A stretch of DNA of 64,000 nt from Camelus dromedarius (taxonomy: Eukaryota). A program made the position numbers and the translations under genes. The stretch lies in the NCBI RefSeq assembly GCF_036321535.1, contig NC_087437.1, positions 92,692,001 through 92,756,000 of the forward strand. Reading direction: 5' to 3'. Below the pieces are notes generated by a model. The model ran no database searches. It had not been told where the DNA came from and saw nothing but the letters and a program-made list of their open reading frames with translations. Below, in pieces: positions 1-11,560 of the stretch. Numbering within the stretch: the first letter of the stretch is position 1; each line of letters starts with the position of its first letter.

Positions 1-1098
1 AATCCAACTAGCTGTATCCAAATTGTGTATTCCATGTAGTATTACTCTAAATAACTATTTAACTCTTTAATCAAGTTACTGCATTAGGTGGCCCAAAATG
101 CTTTAAATTAATTACTATTATTATTAGTTACCTGAATAAAAATTATATCATGGATGAATTTGAAAAGGAAAAATAAATTCAGTGGTTCATGACTGAATCC
201 ATTTTGTAGAAGTTCTAAACCCTGATGTTCACAAATGTGGGTATAGGCCAGTAACTGCTCTTTATTCATCAAATGTTTTCTCTATGCATAGGTTGTTACA
301 AGAACTATTAGCTACTCAGAATTTTAACACAGCTCTGGAAACTACTTTTCTAGGGGACCAAACATTGTTCTCCAATGACTTTTGGATATACCATGATATA
401 GTAGGCATGCTGTAAAAAATGACAAACACTCTCCTACAGAACGGTGACATTTCAAGATTCCTTGTAGAAACTGAGAATAGAGATAGATAATCACAATCTG
501 TTTTATTCACACAGTTGGTTTTCTTATAATTAAATTGGTAGTAAAATTAGAAGAAGAAAATTCCTTATTTTAGCGCAAAAAGAACCAAGGTCATCTGAGG
601 TGATGCATTTTTGCAGACAGTCAGGAAGCAAGTCTGTTTTAGCCTTCCTCTCACACACACTACGCTTTGGCTGTGTGATAATTCATGAAAGGAGAAAACA
701 AGTGCAGAATTTTAGAATCAAGTAAGATTTTCTCTTTGAATTGTGAAATTATAATTTGCCAATCTCTAACAGCTGCCTCTTAGAAATTGTATTTTCTAAA
801 TGTTAATAGGCCCCAAGTTAGCAATAAATGTGAACATTTAGTGAAAATCTTTTGTTTTGTTTTGGTTTATCCGGGCACACATAGAATTCATGCTTTTACA
901 ATATATTCTTGTCATTCTCCAAACTAATTCTATGCCATATGTTACACGGTAAGCATTCTTCTGCTAACTAGTGTAACCCAGTCAATTAGTGATTATTTCA
1001 AATAACAAAAGCTAGTTCTTCTAACACAGGAAGTTTCATCAAAAAGATGACATTATTTAAAACATGTATTTCCTGTGTGGGTTTATCTTACCTAAGTT

Positions 1099-1099
<1 letters not shown>

Positions 1100-1151
<52 letters not shown>

Positions 1152-1174
1152 CACCCATCTATCCATCTATCTAT
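1100..1174. repeat. (TATC)n/(CATC) tetranucleotide microsatellite
   Basis: Direct tandem TATC units followed by CATC variants; explains the YLSI/IYLS low-complexity ORFs. Confidence 0.95.
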
Positions 1175-1474
1175 ATGTTTGGATCAGAACCATTCAAAAA
1201 CATTGACAGAGAGAATGCTACTCTGTTCATTTCTTTTATTAATGTAGTGATTATTCTCACAATCGGAACCCAGATGTAATTATTCTTCCCTAAACCTTTC
1301 TCCAGTATTGGCTAAACTAGCATCATAAACTATTACTTCGACCATAACAAGCCTCTCTAGAAAATGCTTATTTGTTACAATAAAAATGTTCATTTATAAA
1401 ACACAAAAATAAAATCAATTTTCTTCCAAGTATATGTTTGCTTAAAATTAAAAAAAAAATAACTTCATAAGGGA

Positions 1475-1585
1475 CATTCTACACATAATGGAATCACTAT
1501 GCTGTACACCAGAAATTAACACAACATTGTAAACCAACTATATGTCAGTTTAAAAATTGAAGAAAAAATTTAAAAATTAAAAAAT
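1475..1585 (+). mobile_element. L1 extreme 3' end fragment with A-rich tail
   Basis: GAATCACTATGCTGTACACCAGAAATTAACACAACATTGTAAACCAACTATA followed by an A-rich tail matches laurasiatherian L1 3' termini. Confidence 0.75.
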
Positions 1586-2209
1586 CATGACATTGCATTT
1601 ATGAACAGAATGAAGTATAATACAGAAATTAGAGTAGGTTTCCTTTTTGAAGTCACATCCTAATTTCTGCCTGGAGCGGCTAACTAAATTTGGCACTAAG
1701 GACACTTTCCCCACTATTCAGAATTTCCAACTGTATTTAAAGCAGATCACATCCACCTCCTCTGCATCAACATACCAACTAGTCAATGGAAATCGAAATG
1801 CAAGAGAAATAGACACTTCATACTGCTGCCAAGAGGAGAAGGTTCAGAGCAAAAGGTGTAATTAAAAGTATGACTAAACAGACACAGTCACATTGAAGAA
1901 ACTTCCCACAAAACAGAGGGAAAAAAATGGAAAAAAGAAGCAAGTGCCCCCCAAACATGAGACTGCCTTCTCTGACGGTATCACTTGAGCTCTAGAATCT
2001 CAGCTTTCTGGTATAGGATCCAGTTGCTATAGAAACTTACAACTGGGAGCTAAATAAAGTAATTTCTATGCTAGTGTTGGTGTCTATAACTTCAGCACCT
2101 GATGCTAACAAAATTGTGCTCAATAAACAAATTTAAACTTTAAAAGCCTGCAACGCGATCACAATGCTTTCTATACAACTGATTAATCTCAATTGATCTT
2201 GGCTCAGAG

Positions 2210-2480
2210 CACAAGAACATAAGAAATCTCAGAAACAGAAAAAGACTACTTAAGGCCAATATGCCTGCATCCTTTGTTTTTCTTATCTGATTTCCTACTT
2301 TATCCCCATACCTCTATCCTGCCTTAGTTTTAAAATAAAAAGTCAGCGAGCTCACTCTTCAACTCATCAATAATCCTGCTTCCACTGATCCCTTTTAGAC
2401 AATTTATTCCATATTAAACCACTCCCTCTTGGCCTCCTCCTTTTCATTTATCCTACTCTAAACCTGAAGAACAAAGAGAT
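2210..2480 (-). mobile_element. Probable CR1/L3-class LINE 3' end remnant
   Basis: AAGAACATAAGAA is typical of reverse-oriented CR1 tails; the downstream sequence is highly degenerate. Confidence 0.35.
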
Positions 2481-3828
2481 CAGGCAGCCCAATGGATACT
2501 TAGTCCTTAATCCTCCCGGCTCGGTCTGTTATTGCTTCACATTTGATTATAAGATTATTCACTATTTGGCAAGAAATCAAAACCCCGAGGCAGCCCCTTG
2601 ATGCCCCTGTTTGTGTGAGCAGGTCAGCCCCCCACCCATTATGTCACAAAGCAGTGTCCTTGGCTTTGGTAATGCTCTTTTATTAAGAGAAATGAGACCG
2701 CGGGGTCTGAATATATTTGTTTGCATCTTTCTCCAGCATCACTTTAGAAAGGAGCAATGTTGGCATAGACCGTATAAGCCCTTTATTCTTCTCCAGTGGG
2801 CCCACACATTCCTGGTCAATGTCACGGTGAGGATGTAAAGTATGAAAAATATCATCTGAATGTATGATCTCGTTAGAGGACATGCACATCTTGCTACAAG
2901 TATTGGCAAATTTGTTGATTCTTATCAAAGATATGTAGTGATAAGCATTTGAGGGTGCACTTTTATCTGTAAAATACTGTGTTTATTTCACATTTTATAA
3001 AGGTCTTGGCTTCATTCCCAATGTATACTTTGGAGGCTTAAATGAGTTTGTGATTTTTAAGATCTCAAAGCCAAGATCACCCCAGGGCAGAGGATTTGAC
3101 ACTAATAGGAAAGGTGTGCTGTCTAATTATGAAGAAAATAAGTCAGATGGCACAATTTTCCAGAGCTAATTATTTATTTTTCTACCAATCAGCTTTACTA
3201 CGTGCAGAAGACAGACAGAAAGAAAGAGCAAAGTTTATCCAATTTCTGTAAAACTGAGTATATTTTTGTCCTTTAGCTTGAAATGAAGATGGAATTTTTA
3301 GGAGATAATATTTTCTTCTAATTATCAAGATACAAACACCAGGGGAGACTTTGAAACACAAAAATAGGAACTGATAATATGCACTCACTATGCATTCATA
3401 AACCTCTCCCCCTGGGTTCCTCTGGATTCTAACTGCTACCTTGGCTTTTGTCCAATGAGCTTTTAAAAGCAAAGAGGAAACGCTGGGGTGTTAAACCTAA
3501 GGATTGACCTGCTACTATCACTCAGTGTTTGACCAAAATTCTCATTAGAAAACAACATGGAATCATTTTTAGCTGCAAAAAGTCACCCAAGAGAGTAACA
3601 GAAATACATTAGTTTAACTGTCGTATACATGGTGCTGCCTGTATACTAAAACAAAAACATCCTGGGAGAGATATGAGCTATGTCAGAAACAGAGTCAGCT
3701 AACAACTGTCGGCTGGGATTGTTGACTAGCATTTAAATATACCGAGCAGCATTTGGGAGCAGGTGACTTCCAAGAAGGATGGGGAAATGAAATGTTAGCA
3801 ACGGGAATGGAGTTCGGTGAATTTTTTT

Positions 3829-3831
3829 CGC

Positions 3832-3869
<38 letters not shown>

Positions 3870-3889
3870 GGGAGGGAGGGAGAGAGAGA
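3829..3889. repeat. Compound (GT)n-(GA)n-(GGGA)n microsatellite
   Basis: CGCG(TG)n abuts (AG)n, then GGGA x3, then (AG)n. Confidence 0.95.
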
Positions 3890-4013
3890 TACATAGAGAG
3901 AAACTTCATTTCACTTTTCCCTGCATGTGAAACCTCAATTCGCTCATATTTGCATAGATAGAAATAAAAAGCTCTATCCTCATACAAGACAGAGCACTTA
4001 ATAGGCAATTTAC

Positions 4014-4055
4014 GAAAGGAAGGAAGGAAGGAAGCAAAGGAGGAAAGAAGAAAGA
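4014..4055. repeat. (GGAA)n / purine-rich simple repeat
   Basis: GAAAGGAAGGAAGGAAGGAAGCAAAGGAGGAAAGAAGAAAGAA. Confidence 0.85.
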
Positions 4056-4059
4056 ACTA

Positions 4060-4550
4060 AACCCGAATTTACTCTCACTGAGAAAAAGAATGGGGAGCCA
4101 CAGCGAGTTCAGACCAGGCTGAGGTTAGGCATCAGAATGCTTATATATTAGCCTCAAGCTGTAAGTGGCAGCTGGCTGCACGGCGCCGGCCAGGTGGTCA
4201 GTCAGCTCGCGCTAGTAGAATCTGGCATTCATGACAAGCAGCTGCAAAGCGGAAACGGCCCAGCAGCTTTGTAGAAACAGAGGTAGGGCCATTTTACGGC
4301 TCCGGGCTCCTAGCCAATGACGATAGGAGAGAGCTGAGGACACCTGTCTATGCCCATAATGGAAAGAGCAGAGCTGGTCTCCACCACAGAGCACCAAGCA
4401 GAAAAGATCACGTTCTGGGGCGTTAACAAGTCCTTCAGGTTAAAGAGGAGGGGAAAAAATCGTCTAAGTGTGGCATGCTTTGGAGAAAAGATCGACAGTA
4501 ATGAACAGGATTTGGTGGGCAATTTGCCTCCCTCCCCCACCGCCACTTTA
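4060..4550 (-). promoter_or_regulatory. CpG-enriched promoter-like region (probable alternative promoter/first exon; strand tentative)
   Basis: 17 CpGs between 4064 and 4542 in an otherwise CpG-depleted window. Motifs: CCAAT (AGCCAATGA 4312-4320) overlapping half-CRE TGACG, YY1-like GCCATTTT 4288-4295, E-boxes CAGCTG 4169 and 4239, CAGGTG 4191, CACCTG 4341, TATATAA on the minus strand at ~4141-4147. Possible minus-strand donors GTGAGA (4077-78) and GTAAAT (4071-72). No repeat similarity recognised. Confidence 0.6.
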
Positions 4551-5220
4551 ATAGTGATGATTCACCCAGTGAATCTGTGACATAGCAGGGGGTACATAAT
4601 ATATCTGCTGATTCTTAGCCTAAAGCTCTTCTTCAACCACTGGTTCAAGGCAAATAATTCCCATTTTATCACCCTTGCTTTGCTCAGTAGTAACATGTAA
4701 AGCTTGTTTGTGTAGGGGAACCAAAACTGTGAAAATAATTTTTACTTTTCTCTCCCATTAAAATAATCTCAAGTTCCTTTCCTAAATATACATGGAAAAA
4801 TACACATGAAAATGGCCGTAAAGACACTCTTTCCATTTTAGCATTCAAAATGTTATAACTATATACCAGGCACAAATCAAAATGAATTATAACAGACTTT
4901 TGTCCCTGCCTTTGGATTCTTTTCTAAAATGAGAGGTTACAGTTATGGTTATGATACTGCAACACACTCCAGAAATTTAACCCTATAATTTCTTTAGCCA
5001 CCAAATTACTTCCAGTCTTTAAATCCTTACTGTACTGTTTTATTTACCTATTTCTAGGGATTTGGGGCAAGGGTTATTCAATATGCCTTGGTAAATCTTT
5101 TAAATTCTCATTTGGATTATAAGTGTTTGAAGGACACTACTTAATCTAACAGAAGGGATAAATGAGAAACCAGGTGAATGAACAAGCCAAGGCCAGGGTT
5201 AAAAATAAAAACTGAACTTT

Positions 5221-6308
5221 CTCTTTTTCATTGAGATATAATTGACATACAACATTATATTAGTTTTGGGTGTATAACATAATAATTCAGCATATGTATA
5301 TGTTATGAAATGTCCACCACAATAAGTCTGCTTGACATCTATCACTACGCAGTTACAAAATTTTTTTCTTGTGATAAGAACTTTTAAGATCCACTCTCTT
5401 AGCAACTTTTTAAATATATACTACAGCATTATTAACTACAGCCATCATGCTGTACATTAAATCCCCATGATTTACTTATTTTATAACTACAAGTTTGGAC
5501 CTTTTGACCCCCCTCACCCATTTCACCCACCCCCTACCCACCTCTGGCAACAACCAATCTGTTCTCTGTATCCATAAGTTAAAATTTAGTTTTTGGTATT
5601 TTATTTAAATGCCACAGATAAGTGAGACCACAAGGTGTTTGTCTTTCTCTGCCTCACTTATTTCTCTTGGTATAACGCTCTCAAGGTCCATTAATATTTT
5701 TCCAAATGACAAGATTTCATTCTTTTTTATGGCTGAAATAACCTTCCACTATATATATACATATATGTGTGCATATATATATATAATCACATTTTCTTTA
5801 TTCATTCATCCATCAATGAACACTTAGGTTGTTTCCGTATCTTAACCATTATAAATAATGCTACAGTGAATATGGGGGTGTAGATATCTTTTCAAGTTAG
5901 TGTTTTTGTTTAATTTGAATAAATGCCCAGAAGTGGAGTTGCTAGATAATATGGTAGTTCCATCTTTAATTTTTTAAGAAACCTCCATTCTGTTTTCCAT
6001 AGTAGCTGTACCAATTTACATCCCTACCAGCAATGTACAAAGGGTCCCTTTTTTCTGCATCCTTGCTGATATTTATCTCTTGTCTTTTTTATAATAGCCA
6101 TTCTAACAGATATGATGTGATATCTCACTGTGGCTTGATTTGCATTTCCCTGATGATCAGTGATGTTGAGCATCTTTTCATGTACCTGTTGGCCATCTGT
6201 ATGTCTTCTTTGGAAAAATGTCTATTCAGTTCCTCTGCCCTCTTTTTAATCAGATTGTTTGGCTTTTTTTCTATTGAGTTGTATGAGTTCTTTATACATT
6301 TTGGATAA
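5221..6308 (-). mobile_element. L1 3' portion (L1MA9-like), ORF2 C-terminus plus 3'UTR
   Basis: Typical antisense L1 text: TTGAGATATAATTGACATACAACATTATATTAG..., TGATGTTGAGCATCTTTTCATGTACCTGTTGGCCATCTGTATGTCTTCTTTGGAAAAATGTCTATTC. Confidence 0.92.
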
Positions 6309-8239
6309 ACTTTCTTACATGCATTTATTTATAATATATTGTTTCTCATATTCTGTCCTCCATAGCTCTTCTTTGGTGTCTTAACAAAGGTTTCTGCCTG
6401 TGTGTGGAAATAAACAGAATTTAGGACATTATTCGTGGCTGTTGTAGCATGTTGGACAGGCACTGAATTTAGCATATTGTAAGTTGGTTACTTTGTTTTA
6501 CTCTGTTTTCTTGTCCATTTTTACATTATGCATAAAGAAGAGCATCGATGCTACACGTTTTAAGATCCTCCCTCTAAGTAGGAAACAAGAAAGACACAGC
6601 AGGGGAAACAGTGATAGCTTACTTTCTCAGCAGTGTGGAAAAACAAAGCCATGGAAAATAGTTCTTTCTTTTTAACCAATCTTCTTCATTAAGACTTAGC
6701 AAAACTTTTGGTTAAAAGTTCACTTTCTACCTGTTTTCTTTCTTCACTCATGACCCTTGTAAACCTTCCCCCAAAACAATATCTAGCATTTGATAACTTT
6801 ATGTCTGCTTACCAGCCATTAGCCATTAAATTTCCTTATAGAAAGAGGAAGGAAGGGGATCTTCTGCAAGTTAAATAACTAAAATAAATACATCAAAATT
6901 CTGAATTTACAGTTTTGTTACTAAAATAAGACCCACCTCCCTTTTCAATGCTCTCTTCCATTTGGTTACCATTCAATCATACATGACAGCAGGTGTAAAA
7001 GTCAGATTCCACAAAGTGTAGTTGGTGAAGGAAAGAAAAAGAAAGAAAACTGTTCATATAGATATATATTTTTTATATTTAGGAGTCTACTTTGAAAATG
7101 TCCTGAGTGTTACACTCAGTTCAATTCCAATTCACTTTTGTTTGCTTCCCTGGCTCTTCCAAAGAGCTTGTGGGAAAGCATGAAAAATAGCATGCAACAA
7201 CAAGTATTTGTCCTCAGAGGCTGCCACTGAGTGTTTTATACTTGGAAAATAAATGGCAAAAATGCAAAGACATACATAACATTTCTAGCTGATGCTTTGG
7301 GAGAAATTTTCTTGAGACACACAAATCACCACTTAGTTTGGGAAAAAAGAAAAACAAAAAGTGAAAAACTTTATTTCTGAACATTGTGGTCAATACCAAA
7401 TTCTGGCATGGTGTGTAGAGGACTCTGCTTCAGTGACAATCCACAGAACCAACAAGAGAAGTATGAAGAAATGACAGAACAGAAGACCGATTAACCTCAG
7501 GTCGGGCTTGACCCATGGAAAGAAATCTGAGATTTTGTAAAACAGTGCAGTAAATGGCTGAGAAGGAAGGAAGGCTCAGCCATTGCTTCTTAGCTGTTTT
7601 CTCAGCACTAATGACCAATTTTATTACACAGTATTGTGTTATAAGTCAGTAATGACTAGTGGGATGCTGTGAGGAAAGGAGACACAAGGGAACTAGACTA
7701 GAACTGGCCACGGCCATGCCTCACTTAAAACGAATAGGTCTAATGTGAAAGCCCCACATCAACCCCTGTGAAAGGAAATTTTGCCAACTTGGAGGAAGAT
7801 AATGAAAAGTCAGGTGAGAGCCAAGCTGACATTGACACTGTTCAGCCTCATCAAGTGGCTGATGAGGACGAGGACACGACATCGTTCCCTGGGGACAGAA
7901 ATGAGCCAAATAATGACAACATGTGGGAGAGAAGCAATTGAAAGGATTCAGAGAGCATGACAATTAAATCTCAGTATCTGATGGGGGGAATAGTGCAAAT
8001 GAACCACTTAAAATAAGCCAATAGACACCAAAATGTATTAGGGACAAATGACGTGAAATAGATGTCTAGTGATTGAAGTATGGGGCCAGGGGAATCTTCT
8101 GTGACTGTATACACAGAACAAGCATTTCTATAGCGAGCTATGAGCTAGGGAGAGAGGCAAAAAAAGAAAAGAAAAGAAAAAAAAAAAAGCCAAAAGGCTT
8201 AGCCTTTAAGGTGTTTGACATTTAAATTTAGCACCATAT

Positions 8240-8843
8240 CATCGGAGTACAGCCAACAAATGGAAAACACACTAGTTAGTTCAACAGAGAGAATCTAATA
8301 GAGGAATTCTTTATAGTTATTGGAAGAATGAACATTCAAAAAAGAATACTGGACTAACACAGAGATAGTAAGAAAAGCAAGCATCTATCATCTTTAGAAT
8401 GTGAGGAACAAAGGAAAAGATGGCGATTATCAGGACACTAGAGAAGAAGCTTTGGGAAGCTGTGACAGATCTCTCAGAAGTGAGAATGTCTCACTACAAA
8501 CTGGTACCTTAAGAGCTCAAAGAAAGTGCCCTGCTAACCTGCTAACCAGACTGCTGCTAGTTTTTCCAAAGAAATGCCATAACGTCGGTTCTAGGAACAG
8601 GAAGCAAGCAAGAAACTGGAACCAACAGCTCTACTCCAGAGTTTAGATGCTACTACTGAGATGAGGCTAATAGAAGTAGACCCCCTGGAGGAAGCAAGGG
8701 CCTTCCCTCTTCACTGCTTTTCAGCTACTTTAGTGCCCTCTGTTGGCAGAACTAACAGGAAACTAGCTGGCAAGGAAGAAATGTAGCTTGCAGAGCCCCC
8801 AGCGTCACAGAACTGACATATAACAGTTAATAACTGTCACCAC
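8240..8843 (-). mobile_element. ERVL-class solo LTR (LTR41/LTR33-like)
   Basis: GGCAGAACTAACAGGAACTAGCTGGCAAGGAAGAAATGTAGCTTGCAGAGCCCCCAGC and terminal ...CACCACA resemble LTR41-family sequence. Confidence 0.55.
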
Positions 8844-9734
8844 AAACATAACTTTGAATCTGAGGGCCAGAGTATATCAAACATATTCATTAGAAGAGGC
8901 TAACACTGCTACAATTCCGGTTTGTAGTATAATGAAAAGAGAACACTTTTGATGTCCTCCTTATATGTTTATACATCTGAAGAACACCATAATACTCAAA
9001 GCCCTTCTCAGTCTAAGCTTACCTAAAAAATGCAATCAACTCAGCTATTTGTCTTAATAAGGTGGAGAGTAAGATGGAGTATCCAGAGTTTACTTAATTC
9101 AAAAGTTTCATTATTTCCCAAAGTCTCAATTATCTCTTTCACCATACTTTTTCCCAGAGATGTTAATGAGAAGCAAACTGAATCGTTAATGGACTGAGAA
9201 ATATTTAAATGTAGGGAGAAGAGAGGAAATAAAAACGATGTGAATAGTCTAGAACAGGATAATTGGTTTCTGAATAGTTAAGTCAATTCTATGAAAGCAT
9301 TTCCCCTAGGAATTCCTATTTTTATGGCAATATATCAAGATGATAATTAATTCACATAAGGAATGAAGCACAAAACAGATATAATTGCTTCAGTGGTTGT
9401 AAAAAAAAAAGCCTAATGAAAAGAGCACTATTTTCAAGAAAAACAGAAAGAAAATATGATGGGTTTCCCTTATTCCAATATGTACATCTTTGTATTCATG
9501 TAAAAGGAGTTATAATATTTTACTAATCTTTCATGAATTAGAACATAAATGCACACATACAAATAATGTTAAGAAAAAGAGTGCAGACACACCTAGGCAA
9601 GTTTTTAATAAGTATTATAAAGCACATTAAAATATCTTGCCTTGGTATTGAGTGTTGCACACGGTGTATGTTTTATGAATTGTGGATAACTGTTGATTTG
9701 GGGTGTTCAAAAAGAAATAGAGTTAACTTTTCCT

Positions 9735-10203
9735 TCAGTTAGCCATTGTCCAAAACTGCCTAACAAACCAACACAAAACTCAGGGGCTCAAAACAAAATT
9801 GATGATTCTTGTGCGTCTGTAGGTTGGCTGGGTTCTGGTTAATTGAGGGTAGGCTTGTCTGGTGAATCTTCTTCCCTCTGTGGCTGCCAGAACTCATCTG
9901 CTTCAGAAGGCAGTTCAATAGGTCAGCTGGAATAGCTCTCTTCTATTTCCCCCATCCTCTTTTTACCAGCAGGCTGTCTGAGCCTTGTTTCATTTGTGGC
10001 AGTGGCAGAGGTGCAAAAGAGCAAGTGGAAATGCATGAGGCCTTTTAGAACACACTATCACTCTCATCAATGTGCCGGTAGCCAAAGCACATCAAAACTC
10101 TGAGCCTCAAGTCAAAGGTCTTACTTCTTGCCCATGATAAAAGCATGGTGAAAATGTGGGTGCCAGGAGGGGTGTGAAATTGGGTCAAATCGTTTATTCT
10201 ACA
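9735..10203 (-). mobile_element. MaLR LTR (MLT1G/H-like)
   Basis: TAACAAACCAACACAAAACTCAGGGGCTCAAAACAA, GGCAGAGGTGCAAAAGAGCAAGTGGAAATGCATGAGGCCT and GCCAAAGCA motifs of MLT1. Confidence 0.7.
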
Positions 10204-10469
10204 GCAAGCTTGATCTCTATTTTGGAAAGAAAAAAAAAAGGGTTGGTGCAAGAGGAGTCCTCATTCATTGAGTATTTAATCTGACAGAATTATATGATGA
10301 GGGCTAATAGGGGAATGTGTCTCTCCTGAAGACACAAATAAGACTTTAAGTAAAAAAGAATCAGAAAATTGTTTTAAGAGGAAAAAATATGCTAAATGGA
10401 GGGCAAGTCATCAGGATGAATAAGGAAAACCTCTGTTGTGTTGGCAGAACATCAGGCCAAGGAAGAAGA

Positions 10470-11009
10470 TGATAGCAGATTATGAGTAGATATGTTGGGT
10501 AGTTAGACAGGTGGGAGCATCGCACAGATAGGTGGAGGGGAGGGAGGATGGTCCAGAAGATGGTGTTATCCCCGCCTCCAGCATGAAAGGACTTTACTTC
10601 TTCTAAAGGAGTGCCAGCAAGAAACTGGACAAAGCCCGATGGCCATGACTGTGAGGTAGCAGAAAGGACTTAACTGGACATGAGTTAATGTTCATTGCAT
10701 TATAATTAACATTGTGGTTTAGCCCACACCCACCATGGGTTTTTCTGTAAAATACACCATGGGTAAGGACTTGACAAGAGCCATCAATCAATCAAAAAAC
10801 CATCTCTAAGTGAGGATATAAGAGTAAGGGGAGAGAAAGACCACTGCTCTTCCTCCCTTGGAGCAGCCCGCTTCCTGATCTTGGAGGTTTACTTTTCCTT
10901 TTGCAAATAAATCTTTTAAAATCTTTCACTACACAACACACCATCTCCCAACCGTAAACTTATCTTTCAAGTATGACAAGAACTGGGATCTTTACCTTTT
11001 GGGGTAACA
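10470..11009 (+). mobile_element. ERV1-class solo LTR (MER50/MER4-group-like)
   Basis: GGTAGTTAGACAGG near the start, GATATAAG TATA-like motif, AATAAA at ~10905, GACAAGAAC and terminal GGTAACA. Confidence 0.55.
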
Positions 11010-11344
11010 GAGGCAAGGGTGATAGCTGGCTCACACTCAGCTTCTGTGTTAAACAGGAAAAGGCTCTCCCTCTGGGTAAAGACAAGTCCCATCAGGGTTC
11101 AGGATCTGGTAGGTGGGGCAGGGATTGGATTCCAGCTCCTGGCTGCTCTCAGCCAGGTCTCATTGTTCAGGGGAAATGTAACCTTGGTGGAAGACAAGAA
11201 AGCAAAAACTACTCAAGGATTTTACTAATTTTATTGATGTGTCTCACTGTGTTGCTCTATCTTGTATTTCTTATCAGTTCACCTTAATAATTCTTTCCAG
11301 TGGTAGCCACTCTTTCCTTTCTTCCTTTTGACCTTCCTGCCTTT

Positions 11345-11560
11345 CTTCCACAAATACAAACTGAATTTCTCCTGTATGCCAACTAAGTTCCAGGCTGGTA
11401 AGATATAGTAGGAACCAAACAAAAAAAAAATCTCTGCCCTCATATGCTGCATAATGTCGCAGGAGAGGCAGACGATGAACAGTAAACATAACAGATCAGT
11501 GAATTATACACGGTGATAAAGGATGATAAGGGCTGTACAGAAAGGAAGAGGGGAGGGGGA
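11345..11560 (-). mobile_element. L2 3' fragment
   Basis: ACAAATAC...TGTATGCCA...CTCTGCCCTCAT...GGAGAGGCAGAC pattern of antisense L2 3' ends. Confidence 0.65.

Noticed and set aside
1047..1279. ORFs with YLSI/IYLS repeats
   Set aside because: Translation of the (TATC)n microsatellite.
2041..2147. Minus-strand exon candidate downstream of the promoter-like island
   Set aside because: Donor GTAAGT is present, but the acceptor lacks a convincing polypyrimidine tract.
7400..8100. Purine-rich unique-looking stretch, possibly a Gypsy-type internal remnant or processed pseudogene
   Set aside because: No recognisable peptide motif or sustained reading frame; needs a Dfam/tBLASTx search.
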